Numbered from the stretch's first letter, positions 8,380-17,264 are shown. The stretch is DNA of 40,000 nucleotides from an uncultured Roseibium sp. (GCF_963675095.2 NZ_CAXXSJ010000060.1:6903-46902), one strand, 5' to 3'. The notes: generated by a model from the sequence alone, not told the origin. Translations and numbers: made by a program.

Positions 8380-8979
8380 TCAGTCGTAGGTGTAGCCGAA
8401 GGACAGGCCGAACCGGTCCGCGGTCAACGGCCGATTGCCGGTCAGCGCCCGGCGCAGCCACAGGCGGCCGTGGATCTGGGTGTCGGTGAAATCGGCGTTG
8501 TCCGGAAGCCGGACACCATCGCACCAGAGCCCGCCCAGCCACTCTGCGCCGGAGAAATCCGCCTGCTTGCGTAAGCTCGCGCCTTCCAGCGAAAAGTTGC
8601 CATAGGCAACCACGCCTGAGAAATCCGCGTCGTCTTCGAAAACGGCGCCGTTGAAATTACCGATCCCGCGGAACTCGCATCCGGCAAAGGAAACCTTGCG
8701 GGAGAAGGTCACCTCTTCGAAGCGCGCGTCGTTGCGGAACGACGCGCCGGCGAAGGAAACCTCCCCGCCGAAGACCGATCCGCCGAACCAGGACAGGCCC
8801 TGGAACACCGCATCACGTGCGTCGATGCCGTCGGGAAACCGTGCGTTCCGGAAATCGACGCCTGCCAGTTCAAGACCGGCAAGGTCGAGCTCGCCCTCAC
8901 ACTCGATTCCCGAAAGATCGATGCGTTCACCATGATGCCACGGCGTCGATAGTTTTTCGCGGATTTCCCGGGCCAGCAT
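8380..8979 (-). CDS. Pentapeptide repeat protein
   Basis: About 30 consecutive A(D/N)LxX-type pentads (e.g. ADFSGVVAYGNFSLEGASLRKQADFSGAEW). Its start shares 1 nt with the flavodoxin stop (TGATG at 8977-8981). Confidence 0.85.
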   Translation of the reverse strand: MLAREIREKLSTPWHHGERIDLSGIECEGELDLAGLELAGVDFRNARFPDGIDARDAVFQGLSWFGGSVFGGEVSFAGASFRNDARFEEVTFSRKVSFAGCEFRGIGNFNGAVFEDDADFSGVVAYGNFSLEGASLRKQADFSGAEWLGGLWCDGVRLPDNADFTDTQIHGRLWLRRALTGNRPLTADRFGLSFGYTYD

Positions 8980-9446
8980 CAGGCTGCCTCTGAAGCCTGT
9001 TTTTCAGCGAGCGCAACCATTTCCTCTGCCCAGGGCAGAGCCAGATCGTCGGCCATGTCACTACCGGACGCGTCATGGGTCAGCCGATCGCCGAGTTGGG
9101 TCGCTCCGTGTTTGGCGAGCAGGTCGGCGATGTGCTTGCTGCCGTGGTTGAAGGTCTCGTCATATTCGGAATCGCCGAGACCGAAGACGGAGAAGGAGAC
9201 ACCGGAGAGATCCGCACTGGACTGCGCCATGGCTTCCGCGAAAGGCTTCGCCGAGGCCGGCAGTTCGCCGTCTCCATAGGTGGAGCAGACGACCAGGTAG
9301 AACCCGCCCGCCTCGAAGTCGTCCGGAGCGAAATCGGACAGGTTGACAGCTTCGGCCTCGTGGTCGCTTTCCAGGCCGGAGACGATGTCCTCAGCCAGCA
9401 TCTCGGCATTTCCGGTTTCGGTGCCGTAGAGAACAGTGATCTTCAT
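8979..9446 (-). CDS. Flavodoxin (short-chain, FMN-binding)
   Basis: MKITVLYGTETGNAE phosphate-binding loop and STYGDGELP motif. 155 aa; ATGA overlap with the upstream reductase gene. Confidence 0.85.
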   Translation of the reverse strand: MKITVLYGTETGNAEMLAEDIVSGLESDHEAEAVNLSDFAPDDFEAGGFYLVVCSTYGDGELPASAKPFAEAMAQSSADLSGVSFSVFGLGDSEYDETFNHGSKHIADLLAKHGATQLGDRLTHDASGSDMADDLALPWAEEMVALAEKQASEAA

Positions 9447-10699
9447 CCGTTGATCTCCTCAGATTTTTGCAGGGCCAGAGCCAGCATGTCCTGCCGGCAG
9501 GCGATCTTGCGGCGGGTTCTGTCCGCCGGCAGGTCGGCCGTTTCGGCCTCATCGATCCGCTTCCAGCCGGCGTAATCGACCAGATCTGTGCGTTCCGCCA
9601 TCAGGCTATCTCGCCCGCCTTTTCCGGCATCTGCGCCGGCGGCGTCAAGATCCGCCAATATACGGGTGGCAAGCGCCTGCGCGTCCGCACGGTTTTCCGG
9701 AATGGTCCCACGCGGGCCGCGCCGGAACCAGCCGGTCGCGTAGAGACCCGGAGCGAGCGCGCCGGCCGCCAAATCGTCTGCCGATGCAGCCAGTTCGTCC
9801 CGCCCCAGAGGGCCGGCTGCGGCAAACCCGACGGCGGTGATGAAGCTGTCGCAGGCGATCTCGGCCACATCACCACTTGCACTTTGGAACCGGACACCGG
9901 TCACCTTGCCGTCTTCGCCTGTGATTTCCGCCGGTGTCAAACCGAAGCGGAAGGTGAGCTGGCGCGGACCGGCTCCATGGCCGTCAACCGCAGCCAATGC
10001 GTCCAGCTTTTTCTGACCCTCGTCACTCTGGGCAGTCCCCATGTCCTCGACGCGGATTGTCACGCCGGAAAGCTTGGAGAGTTCCTTGATCATTTCCGGA
10101 TCGAATTTCGCGGCTTCGGCCGCCGAGCGTCCGACGAGATCGATGGTCTCGATGTCGTTGCCGGCAAGCCAGGCGCTCGGACCGGCACCGAAATCGGATC
10201 CCGCAAGTTCGTCAGGCGTCTTGCCCAGGATACGCAACAGGTCGATGGCGACATTGCCGTTGCCCATGATGACGACCTTCTTGCCGAGCGTGGGCAAGGG
10301 GTCGGCGTCTGGGTGTTCGTAAAGCGCACGAGTCAAGTCGCCAGCGCGGATCACGCCTTCTAGATCCTCGCCCGGTATGCCGAGCGACCGGTCGCCGGGA
10401 AGGCCGGCCGCCAGAACGACCACATCGTAACAGGCACGTAGGTCATCCAGGGACACATCTTCGCCGACGGTCAAGTTGCCGATGAAAGTGGCACCCATGC
10501 GCTCGAATACCCGCTCGAACTGGCGCGTGATCCCCTTGGTGCCCTGGTGATCGGCAGCAACGCCATAGCGCACCAGACCATAAGGCACCGGCAGGCGGTC
10601 GATCAGGTCGACCTTGAGCTCCGGATTGGCCTTGAGCAAAGCCTGCGCCAGGAAGCACCCGGACGGACCGGCCCCGATAATGGCGACGGATGCACTCAT
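9443..10699 (-). CDS. FAD-dependent NAD(P)H:ferredoxin/flavodoxin oxidoreductase, adrenodoxin-reductase/FprA type
   Basis: Two dinucleotide folds (AIIGAGPSGCFLAQAL and VVIMGNGNVAIDLLRIL) plus PVPYGLVRYGVAADH, typical of the AdR/FprA family. 418 aa. Confidence 0.75.
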   Translation of the reverse strand: MSASVAIIGAGPSGCFLAQALLKANPELKVDLIDRLPVPYGLVRYGVAADHQGTKGITRQFERVFERMGATFIGNLTVGEDVSLDDLRACYDVVVLAAGLPGDRSLGIPGEDLEGVIRAGDLTRALYEHPDADPLPTLGKKVVIMGNGNVAIDLLRILGKTPDELAGSDFGAGPSAWLAGNDIETIDLVGRSAAEAAKFDPEMIKELSKLSGVTIRVEDMGTAQSDEGQKKLDALAAVDGHGAGPRQLTFRFGLTPAEITGEDGKVTGVRFQSASGDVAEIACDSFITAVGFAAAGPLGRDELAASADDLAAGALAPGLYATGWFRRGPRGTIPENRADAQALATRILADLDAAGADAGKGGRDSLMAERTDLVDYAGWKRIDEAETADLPADRTRRKIACRQDMLALALQKSEEING

Positions 10700-12192
10700 G
10701 CGGCTCCCTCCATGGCAGGCAGAGCCCAGGGATGCGGCTTGCCGGAGAGGTCGGTGTAGATCGACTTCTGCGCCATATAGGCGCGCATGCCTTCCCTGCC
10801 CTTCTCGCGTCCGATGCCGCTATCCTTCTCGCCGCCGAACGGGGTCGAGATGGAGAACTGTTTATAGGTGTTGACCCAGACCGTGCCGGTGCTGATGGCC
10901 CGTCCGACACGCCAGGCTTTCGGGAAGTCCTTGGTCCAGAGACCGAGGGCAAGACCGTAGCTGTTGTCGTTGGACTGGGCGATGACGTCCTCTTCGCTGT
11001 CGAAGGGCAGCACGGCCAGAACCGGTCCGAACACCTCTTCACGGCACATACGCGCCGTATTCGGCAGGCCGGCGATGATCGTCGGCAGATAGTAAGCGCC
11101 CTTGGCGTAATCCGCACCTTCCGGCATCCTGCCGCCACAGAGGATCTCACCCCCGTCGGCGCGGGCGGCTTCCACATGTTCGGCCACACTCTCGCGGTGA
11201 TCGAAGTGGATCAGCGGCGCCACCTGGGTATCCGCCTCGAACGGATTTCCGACCTTGAGCCGCTTGGTGACTTCCACCAGACGGGACACGAACTGATCGT
11301 AGATCGGCCGCTCGACGAACAGGCGCGCACCGGCGATGCAGCTCTGACCGGTGGAGGAGAAGATGCCGAACAGAACACCGGCAATCGCCTGGTCGATGTC
11401 GGCATCGGCAAAGACGATGGTCGGCGACTTGCCGCCCAGTTCGAGCGACACGGGCATCAGCTTTTCCGCCGCCTGACGGGCAAGCTGGCGGCCGGTGGTG
11501 GTGCCGCCGGTGAAGCTGACCCGGGCGATATCCGGGTGATCGACCAGCAGATTGCCGATCTCGCGGCCCGCCCCCGGCAGCACGGAGAACAATCCCTTCG
11601 GCAGGCCGGCCGCTTCCACAATCCGCGCCAGCTCCAGGCTGACCAACGGCGACCAGGACGCCGGCTTGAGCAGGACCGCGTTGCCTGCGGCAAGGGCGGG
11701 CGCCACCTTCTGGGCATCCGATGCAATCGGCGAATTCCAGGGAGTGATCGCACCGACCAGCCCGAGCGGTTCATAGACCGACAGGGTCATGGCATCGCCG
11801 CGCTGAACGGTCAGCGCCTCGTCGGAGGTTTCCAGCACCGCGCCGAAATAGCGGAAGGTTCCCGCCGCCGACATCGCAAGCGCCTTGGTTTCCTTCAAGG
11901 TCTTGCCGGTGTCCCGGGTCTGGATAAAGGAAATCCGGTCCGCATTCGCTTCGATGCCGTCGGCGATGGCATAGAGGTATTTCGCCCGCTCATGAGCTTT
12001 CAGATTGCGCCAGGCCGGATCGGCCTGGGCAGCGCGGGCGCGCTCGATGGCGCGCAGACCGTCGGCCTGCGACGCGCCGCGCAACACGCGGTTGACCGAA
12101 CCGTCGGCGGGAAAGATGGAGGTGATTTCCGGGCCCGTGCCCTCTTCCCACGCGCCGCCGACGAAAAGTTTGCCTTCAGGAAGGTCGATCAT
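10696..12192 (-). CDS. NAD(P)+-dependent aldehyde dehydrogenase
   Basis: ELGGKSP and the catalytic Cys motif GQSCIAGARL. I chose the ATG at 12192 (MIDLPEGKLFVGG) because GAGGAG lies 6 nt upstream; the ORF-track start at 12213 is a TTG. Confidence 0.9.
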   Translation of the reverse strand: MIDLPEGKLFVGGAWEEGTGPEITSIFPADGSVNRVLRGASQADGLRAIERARAAQADPAWRNLKAHERAKYLYAIADGIEANADRISFIQTRDTGKTLKETKALAMSAAGTFRYFGAVLETSDEALTVQRGDAMTLSVYEPLGLVGAITPWNSPIASDAQKVAPALAAGNAVLLKPASWSPLVSLELARIVEAAGLPKGLFSVLPGAGREIGNLLVDHPDIARVSFTGGTTTGRQLARQAAEKLMPVSLELGGKSPTIVFADADIDQAIAGVLFGIFSSTGQSCIAGARLFVERPIYDQFVSRLVEVTKRLKVGNPFEADTQVAPLIHFDHRESVAEHVEAARADGGEILCGGRMPEGADYAKGAYYLPTIIAGLPNTARMCREEVFGPVLAVLPFDSEEDVIAQSNDNSYGLALGLWTKDFPKAWRVGRAISTGTVWVNTYKQFSISTPFGGEKDSGIGREKGREGMRAYMAQKSIYTDLSGKPHPWALPAMEGAA

Positions 12193-12202
12193 CCGGATCT
12201 CC

Positions 12203-13027
12203 TCAAATCGCAACTGGAGCGACGCGGTTTCGCAACTCCCGCAGAACGCTGTACACCGTGGTCACGGACGTCTTGATGTTGCCCGGCGACGGCAGGTTCT
12301 CAATGCGGATCGACGTGCGTGCGACGCCGGAAACCGCGGTGAATTCATGAGTGTTGCCGGACGCAGCCGGATCGGCGATCAGCTCGACCTTCGTATCGTC
12401 GAAGCCGAGGCCGGCGAGCGCAATCGTTGCCGCCACATTGGCGTTCTTCGGATACTGCGCGGCCGCATCACGGGCCGTGCCGGAGAAGAACACCGTGGCT
12501 TCCGTGAGCCCATCGAGATCGACCGCGGATTCCGCAGGCGTTCCGGCCCAGGCCGCAGGTGGCTTGCAGCCATGGTAGGTGACCGACGTCAGTCCCGCCG
12601 GGCGCAGGGCGGCCAGCAGATCGATCCCGCCGACCGCTCCGGCCGGCAGCACGATCCGCGCACCGCCTTCTTCGGCTGCCGCGCGAAGCTCGGCTTCCAG
12701 GTCCCGGTGCGCAAAAGCGCCGATCGACACGAGCACCACATCGACGCCCGCCTTCAGGATTGTCGGCACATGGCTGACGACGGCCTGATGACCGGCACAT
12801 TCAATGACAAAGTCGGGCTTGGCCGCCAGAAGCTCTTCGGCGCTGGAGACAGCGACAAAGCTGCAGCCCAGACCGCCATGGTTGGCTTCAAGGTCCTTGC
12901 CCAATTCGTCCGTTTTCTCCGGCAGTCCGAGCACCGTGAGCGCTTCCAGCTTGATTTCCGGGGTCTCCGCAATCAGCCGCAGCAGCGTTCCGGCGATATT
13001 GCCGTATCCGATCAATCCGAGGCGCAT
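12203..13027 (-). CDS. Aspartate dehydrogenase (NadX)-like domain oxidoreductase
   Basis: MRLGLIGYGNIAG Rossmann start, then AGAVGGIDLL, YPKNANVAATIALAG and GNTHEF...NLPSPGNIKTS, matching the NadX/DUF108 family pattern. Confidence 0.8.
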   Translation of the reverse strand: MRLGLIGYGNIAGTLLRLIAETPEIKLEALTVLGLPEKTDELGKDLEANHGGLGCSFVAVSSAEELLAAKPDFVIECAGHQAVVSHVPTILKAGVDVVLVSIGAFAHRDLEAELRAAAEEGGARIVLPAGAVGGIDLLAALRPAGLTSVTYHGCKPPAAWAGTPAESAVDLDGLTEATVFFSGTARDAAAQYPKNANVAATIALAGLGFDDTKVELIADPAASGNTHEFTAVSGVARTSIRIENLPSPGNIKTSVTTVYSVLRELRNRVAPVAI

Positions 13028-13030
13028 GGA

Positions 13031-14704
13031 TCAGGTCCTGTTTCCCGCAGCTCCGGCGGGCGGGCCGGAAAAGGCCTGGGCGAAGGGACCGATGGCGCAC
13101 ATGTCGACCTCGATCACCTTGGGCCCTTCGACGGAAACGGCTTCCTCGAAGGCTTCCGCGAATTCGTCCACCGAGCCGATAGCCCGATGGGGCATGCCGA
13201 TCGAAGCACAGAAGGTGGCGAAATCCGGCGTCGCCAGAGCGGAATAATGCCGGCGGGAGTCATACTGCGCATCCTGGATGTTCTGGATGACGCCATAGGC
13301 CTTGTCGTTCATCAGCACGTAGACCAGCCCGGCCTTTTCCTCGACCGCGGTGATCATCTCGGAGATGCCGAGCATCGTGCCGCCGTCCCCGAGCAGGGTG
13401 ACCGCCTTTGCTTCCGGCGAGGCAATAGCCGCACCGATGCCCATGGCCACACCCTGGCCGATACCGCCGCCGAGGGCGTGGACGCCGTGACGGGGCTCGG
13501 AAATGCGGACATAACGGTTGCCGAAGGTGGAATTGGAAATGGTGACGTCACGCACCCAGGGATGCTTGCCCTCAGAAACCCGCACGGCGAGTTCGTCCGC
13601 AATCACCCGGTAAGGGCCGAGCACATCGCGCATCCGGCCTTCGGCTGTCGCGCGTGCCGTCGCGATATCGAACGCCTGGTTCGGATCGACATCGAGTTTT
13701 TCCGGCAGCAGCTCGAGGATCCGGCCGAGCGTGTCCGCGGCATCGCCATGGGCGAAGATCTCGACCGGATAGTTGCGGCCGCCCTGGGTGGCGTCCGCGT
13801 CGATCTGGATCAGCGGCGACGGCAGAACCATCGCGTTGTTGTGGGTCTCGTTGCCGCGAAGACGCGAACCGACGACGATCATCAGGTCGGACTTGCGGTA
13901 AAGCTCCTGGGCCTCCGGCGTCATGTTGAAGGCACCGAGGTTGCCCGGCTGCTCTTCGGAGACGATGGCGCGGCCGTTGGTGCTGGTAACGATGCCGATG
14001 CCGCGGCGATGAAGTTCGCTTGCCTCCTTGGAGGCGCCGCGGGCGCCACCGCCGAGCCACAGCAGCGGACGCTTGGCCGTTTTGATCCGGCCGGCGATCT
14101 CTTCGATAACCGCATCAGGCGCACGCGGCGTCATCGGTACCGGCGCATGGATGGCTCCGGTCTCGCAGGCCTGGGTGCGCTGGACGTCGACCGGGATTTC
14201 CAGGCTGACCGGGCCCGTCGGCGCGCTCAGGGCGGAGGAGACGGCGGCGGTCAGGGTGCCGACCGCATTGCGCGCATCCCACATGCGGAAATAGGCCTTG
14301 GAGACACCTTTGAGCATGTCCGGCTGACGCGGCACGTCGTGAATGGCGGCGCGGTCCCGGTCGGCGAATTCGACATCGACCTGCGTGGTGATGTGCAGGA
14401 CCCGCGATCCAGCGGTCAGGGCTTCGGCCTGGGCTCCGGCGGCGTTACCGGCGGCTGTACCGGTCGAAGTGATGACCACGCCGAGGCTCTGGGAGACGCG
14501 GGCATAGGCATCGGCCATATTCATAGCGCCTGCCTCGCCACGCGCCGGCACGAAGCGGATCCGCTCCTGGCGGGCGATCGCGTCTAGGATCGGCATGTTG
14601 TGGATCGAGATGACGCCGAACACGGTTGTGACGCCGATCTCGGCGAGGTAGCGGGCGATGAAGTCACCGACCGTCTCAGTGATCGTGATCTTTTCCATTT
14701 TCAT
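13031..14704 (-). CDS. Thiamine diphosphate-dependent enzyme (acetolactate synthase / 2-oxoacid decarboxylase superfamily)
   Basis: Three-domain ThDP architecture with the ThDP motif GDGGTMLG...VYVLMNDKAYG. I start it at MKMEKITI (14704), which has GAGGGA 6 nt upstream; the 31-aa extension to 14797 overlaps the SDR gene and is Pro/Arg-rich. Confidence 0.85.
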   Translation of the reverse strand: MKMEKITITETVGDFIARYLAEIGVTTVFGVISIHNMPILDAIARQERIRFVPARGEAGAMNMADAYARVSQSLGVVITSTGTAAGNAAGAQAEALTAGSRVLHITTQVDVEFADRDRAAIHDVPRQPDMLKGVSKAYFRMWDARNAVGTLTAAVSSALSAPTGPVSLEIPVDVQRTQACETGAIHAPVPMTPRAPDAVIEEIAGRIKTAKRPLLWLGGGARGASKEASELHRRGIGIVTSTNGRAIVSEEQPGNLGAFNMTPEAQELYRKSDLMIVVGSRLRGNETHNNAMVLPSPLIQIDADATQGGRNYPVEIFAHGDAADTLGRILELLPEKLDVDPNQAFDIATARATAEGRMRDVLGPYRVIADELAVRVSEGKHPWVRDVTISNSTFGNRYVRISEPRHGVHALGGGIGQGVAMGIGAAIASPEAKAVTLLGDGGTMLGISEMITAVEEKAGLVYVLMNDKAYGVIQNIQDAQYDSRRHYSALATPDFATFCASIGMPHRAIGSVDEFAEAFEEAVSVEGPKVIEVDMCAIGPFAQAFSGPPAGAAGNRT

Positions 14705-14714
14705 TTTTGTTCCC

Positions 14715-15503
14715 TCAAATATGCCGGGAGACGCCGCCCGAGACCTCGATCTGTGCGCCGGTGATGTAGCTGGCGGCGGGCGAGCCCAGGAAGGCAATCG
14801 CCGCAGCGGCCTCCTCCGGCTGCCCCAGCCGTCCTAGCGGGATACGTTTTTTCGAAGCGAGATCGGCGTACCAGTCTTCGCGGCACTGGCTCTTGTCCTC
14901 GCGGGCTTCGAACCGGCGCTGCCACTGGCCGGAATCGACCAGACCGATCAGGATGGAATTGACCCTTACCTTCGGCGCCAGTTCCACGCTCAGCGACTTG
15001 GCCAGGTTCTGCACGCCTGCCCGGGCGGACGACGTGCACACCATATGCGCTTCCGGCTGGTAGGCGAGCAGCGAGTTGACCACGACGATGGAGCCGTTCG
15101 CTTCCGCCAGCATCGCCTTGAAGGCGCGCACCGGACGGACCTGGCTGAACACCTTCAGCTCGTATTCGGCACGCCAGTCGTCATCGGTCGTCTCGGCGAA
15201 GGTCGATACCCGGCCCTGACCAGCGTTGTTGACCAGCAGATCGCACCGGCCGAACCGGTCCTGAACATCGACGGCGAAGGCCTGGACATCGGCCTCGTCG
15301 AGCACGTTCAGCGCCTTGGCGAACACCCGGCCTTCACCGAATTCGGCGGTCAGGTCCGAGGCTACCTTCTGCAGCCGCTCTTCATTGCGGGCGCAGATGG
15401 CCACGTTCGCACCGCTTGCCAGAAGCAGGCGCGTCGTCGCCAGTCCGATGCCTGAAGATCCGCCGGTCACCACCGCGACCCGGCCGTCGTAGCCGTAATG
15501 CAT
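14715..15503 (-). CDS. SDR-family oxidoreductase, atypical (no YxxxK at the expected position)
   Basis: TGGSSGIGLA cofactor motif and NNAG. At the position where YxxxK is expected, 13 residues after the Ser of VNS, it reads T-S-S-A-R. Confidence 0.8.
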   Translation of the reverse strand: MHYGYDGRVAVVTGGSSGIGLATTRLLLASGANVAICARNEERLQKVASDLTAEFGEGRVFAKALNVLDEADVQAFAVDVQDRFGRCDLLVNNAGQGRVSTFAETTDDDWRAEYELKVFSQVRPVRAFKAMLAEANGSIVVVNSLLAYQPEAHMVCTSSARAGVQNLAKSLSVELAPKVRVNSILIGLVDSGQWQRRFEAREDKSQCREDWYADLASKKRIPLGRLGQPEEAAAAIAFLGSPAASYITGAQIEVSGGVSRHI

Positions 15504-16417
15504 CAGTTCTTCCTCAGTTCCGGGAAGCCGGGATCGGGACGGCCCTGCATCACTGCGCGCTGCGCCGGGGTCGGAGGACCTGCGGTCATCCAGCGGTCCA
15601 TGGCTTCCGGATCGTTGCGCGACCAGACCTTGGCCTCATGGGTCGCCTCGTCGATCTGCTGCAGTTCGGAGGTGAACTCGATCACGAAACCGGACGGAGA
15701 GACGAAATAAGCGAAGGGGTTGTTGCCCGGTCCGTGCCGGCCAGGACCCCAGGTCGGGACGTGACCCTTCTGCTTCATCCGGCCAATGCCGCGCATGAAC
15801 TCGTCAAGCGTCGGCATCTCGAAGGCCACGTGATTGACGCTCGGATAAAAGGCGCGCACCAGGGCGATCGAATGGTGATCGGTATTGCAGCGGAGAAAGA
15901 CCATTTGGTCGGCGGAATAGTCGGACACCCGGAAGCCGAGTACCTTACAATACCAGTCCTGAAGACCTTCCATGTTCGGCGTATTGAGCACGACATGGCT
16001 CACCTTGCGCGGCATCGCCCAATCGTCCTTCGGCTCCAGTTCCTTGGCCTCTGTGCGGAAGCGCAGGCGGCGGTTGTCCGGATCCAGGATCTCGAAGCCA
16101 TAGCCACCGCAGAAATCGGGGAACGGTGCCGGATCGCCGAGGACGGCAGCCCCCGCCGCCGTCACCTGGGCATGCAAGGCGTCCATCGAGGCCCGGTCGG
16201 GCATGGAAAAGTGGACATATTCGATGCCGTAGACCGGCGCATCCTTGAGGCCGTAGAGAAACGGCTCGGTGCCCGTACCGCGCAGGAGAACCTCGTCGTT
16301 CCCCTTGTGCGACAGGTCGAGGCCCCACATGTCTTCGTAGAACGGCAGCGTCTCGGTGATACCGGGACCGCGCATCATGATGCCGCGCAGGGCGCCGACG
16401 CGTATCGGATCAGACAT
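15503..16417 (-). CDS. Type I extradiol ring-cleavage dioxygenase (VOC superfamily, catechol 2,3-dioxygenase / BphC-like)
   Basis: Two-domain VOC protein of 304 aa with His/His/Glu candidates (VSHVVLNT, NHVAFEM, VIEFTSE). 1-nt overlap with the downstream SDR gene. Confidence 0.8.
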   Translation of the reverse strand: MSDPIRVGALRGIMMRGPGITETLPFYEDMWGLDLSHKGNDEVLLRGTGTEPFLYGLKDAPVYGIEYVHFSMPDRASMDALHAQVTAAGAAVLGDPAPFPDFCGGYGFEILDPDNRRLRFRTEAKELEPKDDWAMPRKVSHVVLNTPNMEGLQDWYCKVLGFRVSDYSADQMVFLRCNTDHHSIALVRAFYPSVNHVAFEMPTLDEFMRGIGRMKQKGHVPTWGPGRHGPGNNPFAYFVSPSGFVIEFTSELQQIDEATHEAKVWSRNDPEAMDRWMTAGPPTPAQRAVMQGRPDPGFPELRKN

Positions 16418-16441
16418 TTTCCAATCTCCTGTTCCGGCCCG

Positions 16442-17257
16442 TCACTGTGCGGGCGAAGTCATTGAAGCCAGCGCCGCGGCAAAAGCCCGGGGCGCCTGCT
16501 GATAAAGGGCGTGTCCCGCCGACGGCACTTCCGTGAACGTGCCGCGCACGGCCGAAGGTATGGCGGCATAGGTCTTGCGGGCGGCTTCCGGTGGCGTCAC
16601 CACGTCTTCCGAGCCCACGATCACATCGGTCGGCACGGTCAGCCGGGCGGCATCGTCGAGCAGACGGCCGGACGCCAGCATGCGCACCGCCATGTCGTAG
16701 CCGGGGCTGGAGACCCGGGACATCGCGTCGTAAACACGGGCGACCAGATCCGGATTGGCCTCCGGCTCGAACACCAGCCGAGCCGCACGGGCTTCGGCGA
16801 ATTTTTCAGCACCAAGGGCTGCCAGGTCATCCAACCGCTTCTGGGCCGCGGCACTCAACGCAGAACCCGGCGTCACCCCATGGCCAAGCGCGGTGGACGC
16901 CAGCAACAGATGCGCCACGCGGTCCGGATGCGCGGTCGCAAACGCCGCGGCGATTAGGGTACCCAGCGAATGGCCGACGAGCAGCACCCGCTCCAGTCCG
17001 AGACGATCCAGAAACCCTTTCAAGGCTTCGGCATAATCGGCGGCCTGAGGCCAATCCTTTGCCAGAGGCTCTGATCCGCCATAGCCCGGCGCGTTCCAGA
17101 CGATCACCCGGAAGGACGGGGCGATCTGATCGAGAAACGGTGCGAAGGACATCGCATTGCTGCCGATGCCGTGGAGCAGCACCAGAACCGGGCCATCGCC
17201 CTGTCCCGGACGTTCCAGGTATTCGATACCGCCGGAAATGTGGGTCTGGACAGTCAT
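16442..17257 (-). CDS. Alpha/beta hydrolase, meta-cleavage product (C-C bond) hydrolase-like
   Basis: HGIGSN oxyanion region, nucleophile elbow GHSLGT, C-terminal His (SAGHALYQ). 271 aa. Confidence 0.75.
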   Translation of the reverse strand: MTVQTHISGGIEYLERPGQGDGPVLVLLHGIGSNAMSFAPFLDQIAPSFRVIVWNAPGYGGSEPLAKDWPQAADYAEALKGFLDRLGLERVLLVGHSLGTLIAAAFATAHPDRVAHLLLASTALGHGVTPGSALSAAAQKRLDDLAALGAEKFAEARAARLVFEPEANPDLVARVYDAMSRVSSPGYDMAVRMLASGRLLDDAARLTVPTDVIVGSEDVVTPPEAARKTYAAIPSAVRGTFTEVPSAGHALYQQAPRAFAAALASMTSPAQ

Positions 17258-17264
17258 CGGCGGC

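Noticed and set aside
10690-12276. 528-aa plus-strand ORF
   Set aside because: It is antisense to the aldehyde dehydrogenase (ELGGKSP and catalytic Cys motifs on the minus strand).
12005-14587. 860-aa ORF on the plus strand, the longest in the track
   Set aside because: It is antisense to the ThDP enzyme, NadX-like and ALDH genes, all of which carry clear catalytic motifs. Its translation is Arg/Gly/Ala/Asp-rich low-complexity sequence, typical of antisense frames in high-GC DNA, and there is no RBS.
14705-14797. N-terminal extensions suggested by the ORF track (ThDP enzyme to 14797; also Rieske to 19087, ALDH to 12213, TauE to 1299)
   Set aside because: In three of the four cases (ThDP enzyme, Rieske, ALDH) a downstream ATG has a good Shine-Dalgarno sequence; for TauE the RBS is only weak. 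In all four the family-typical N-terminus begins at that ATG. The extensions overlap the neighbouring gene or use TTG and have atypical composition.
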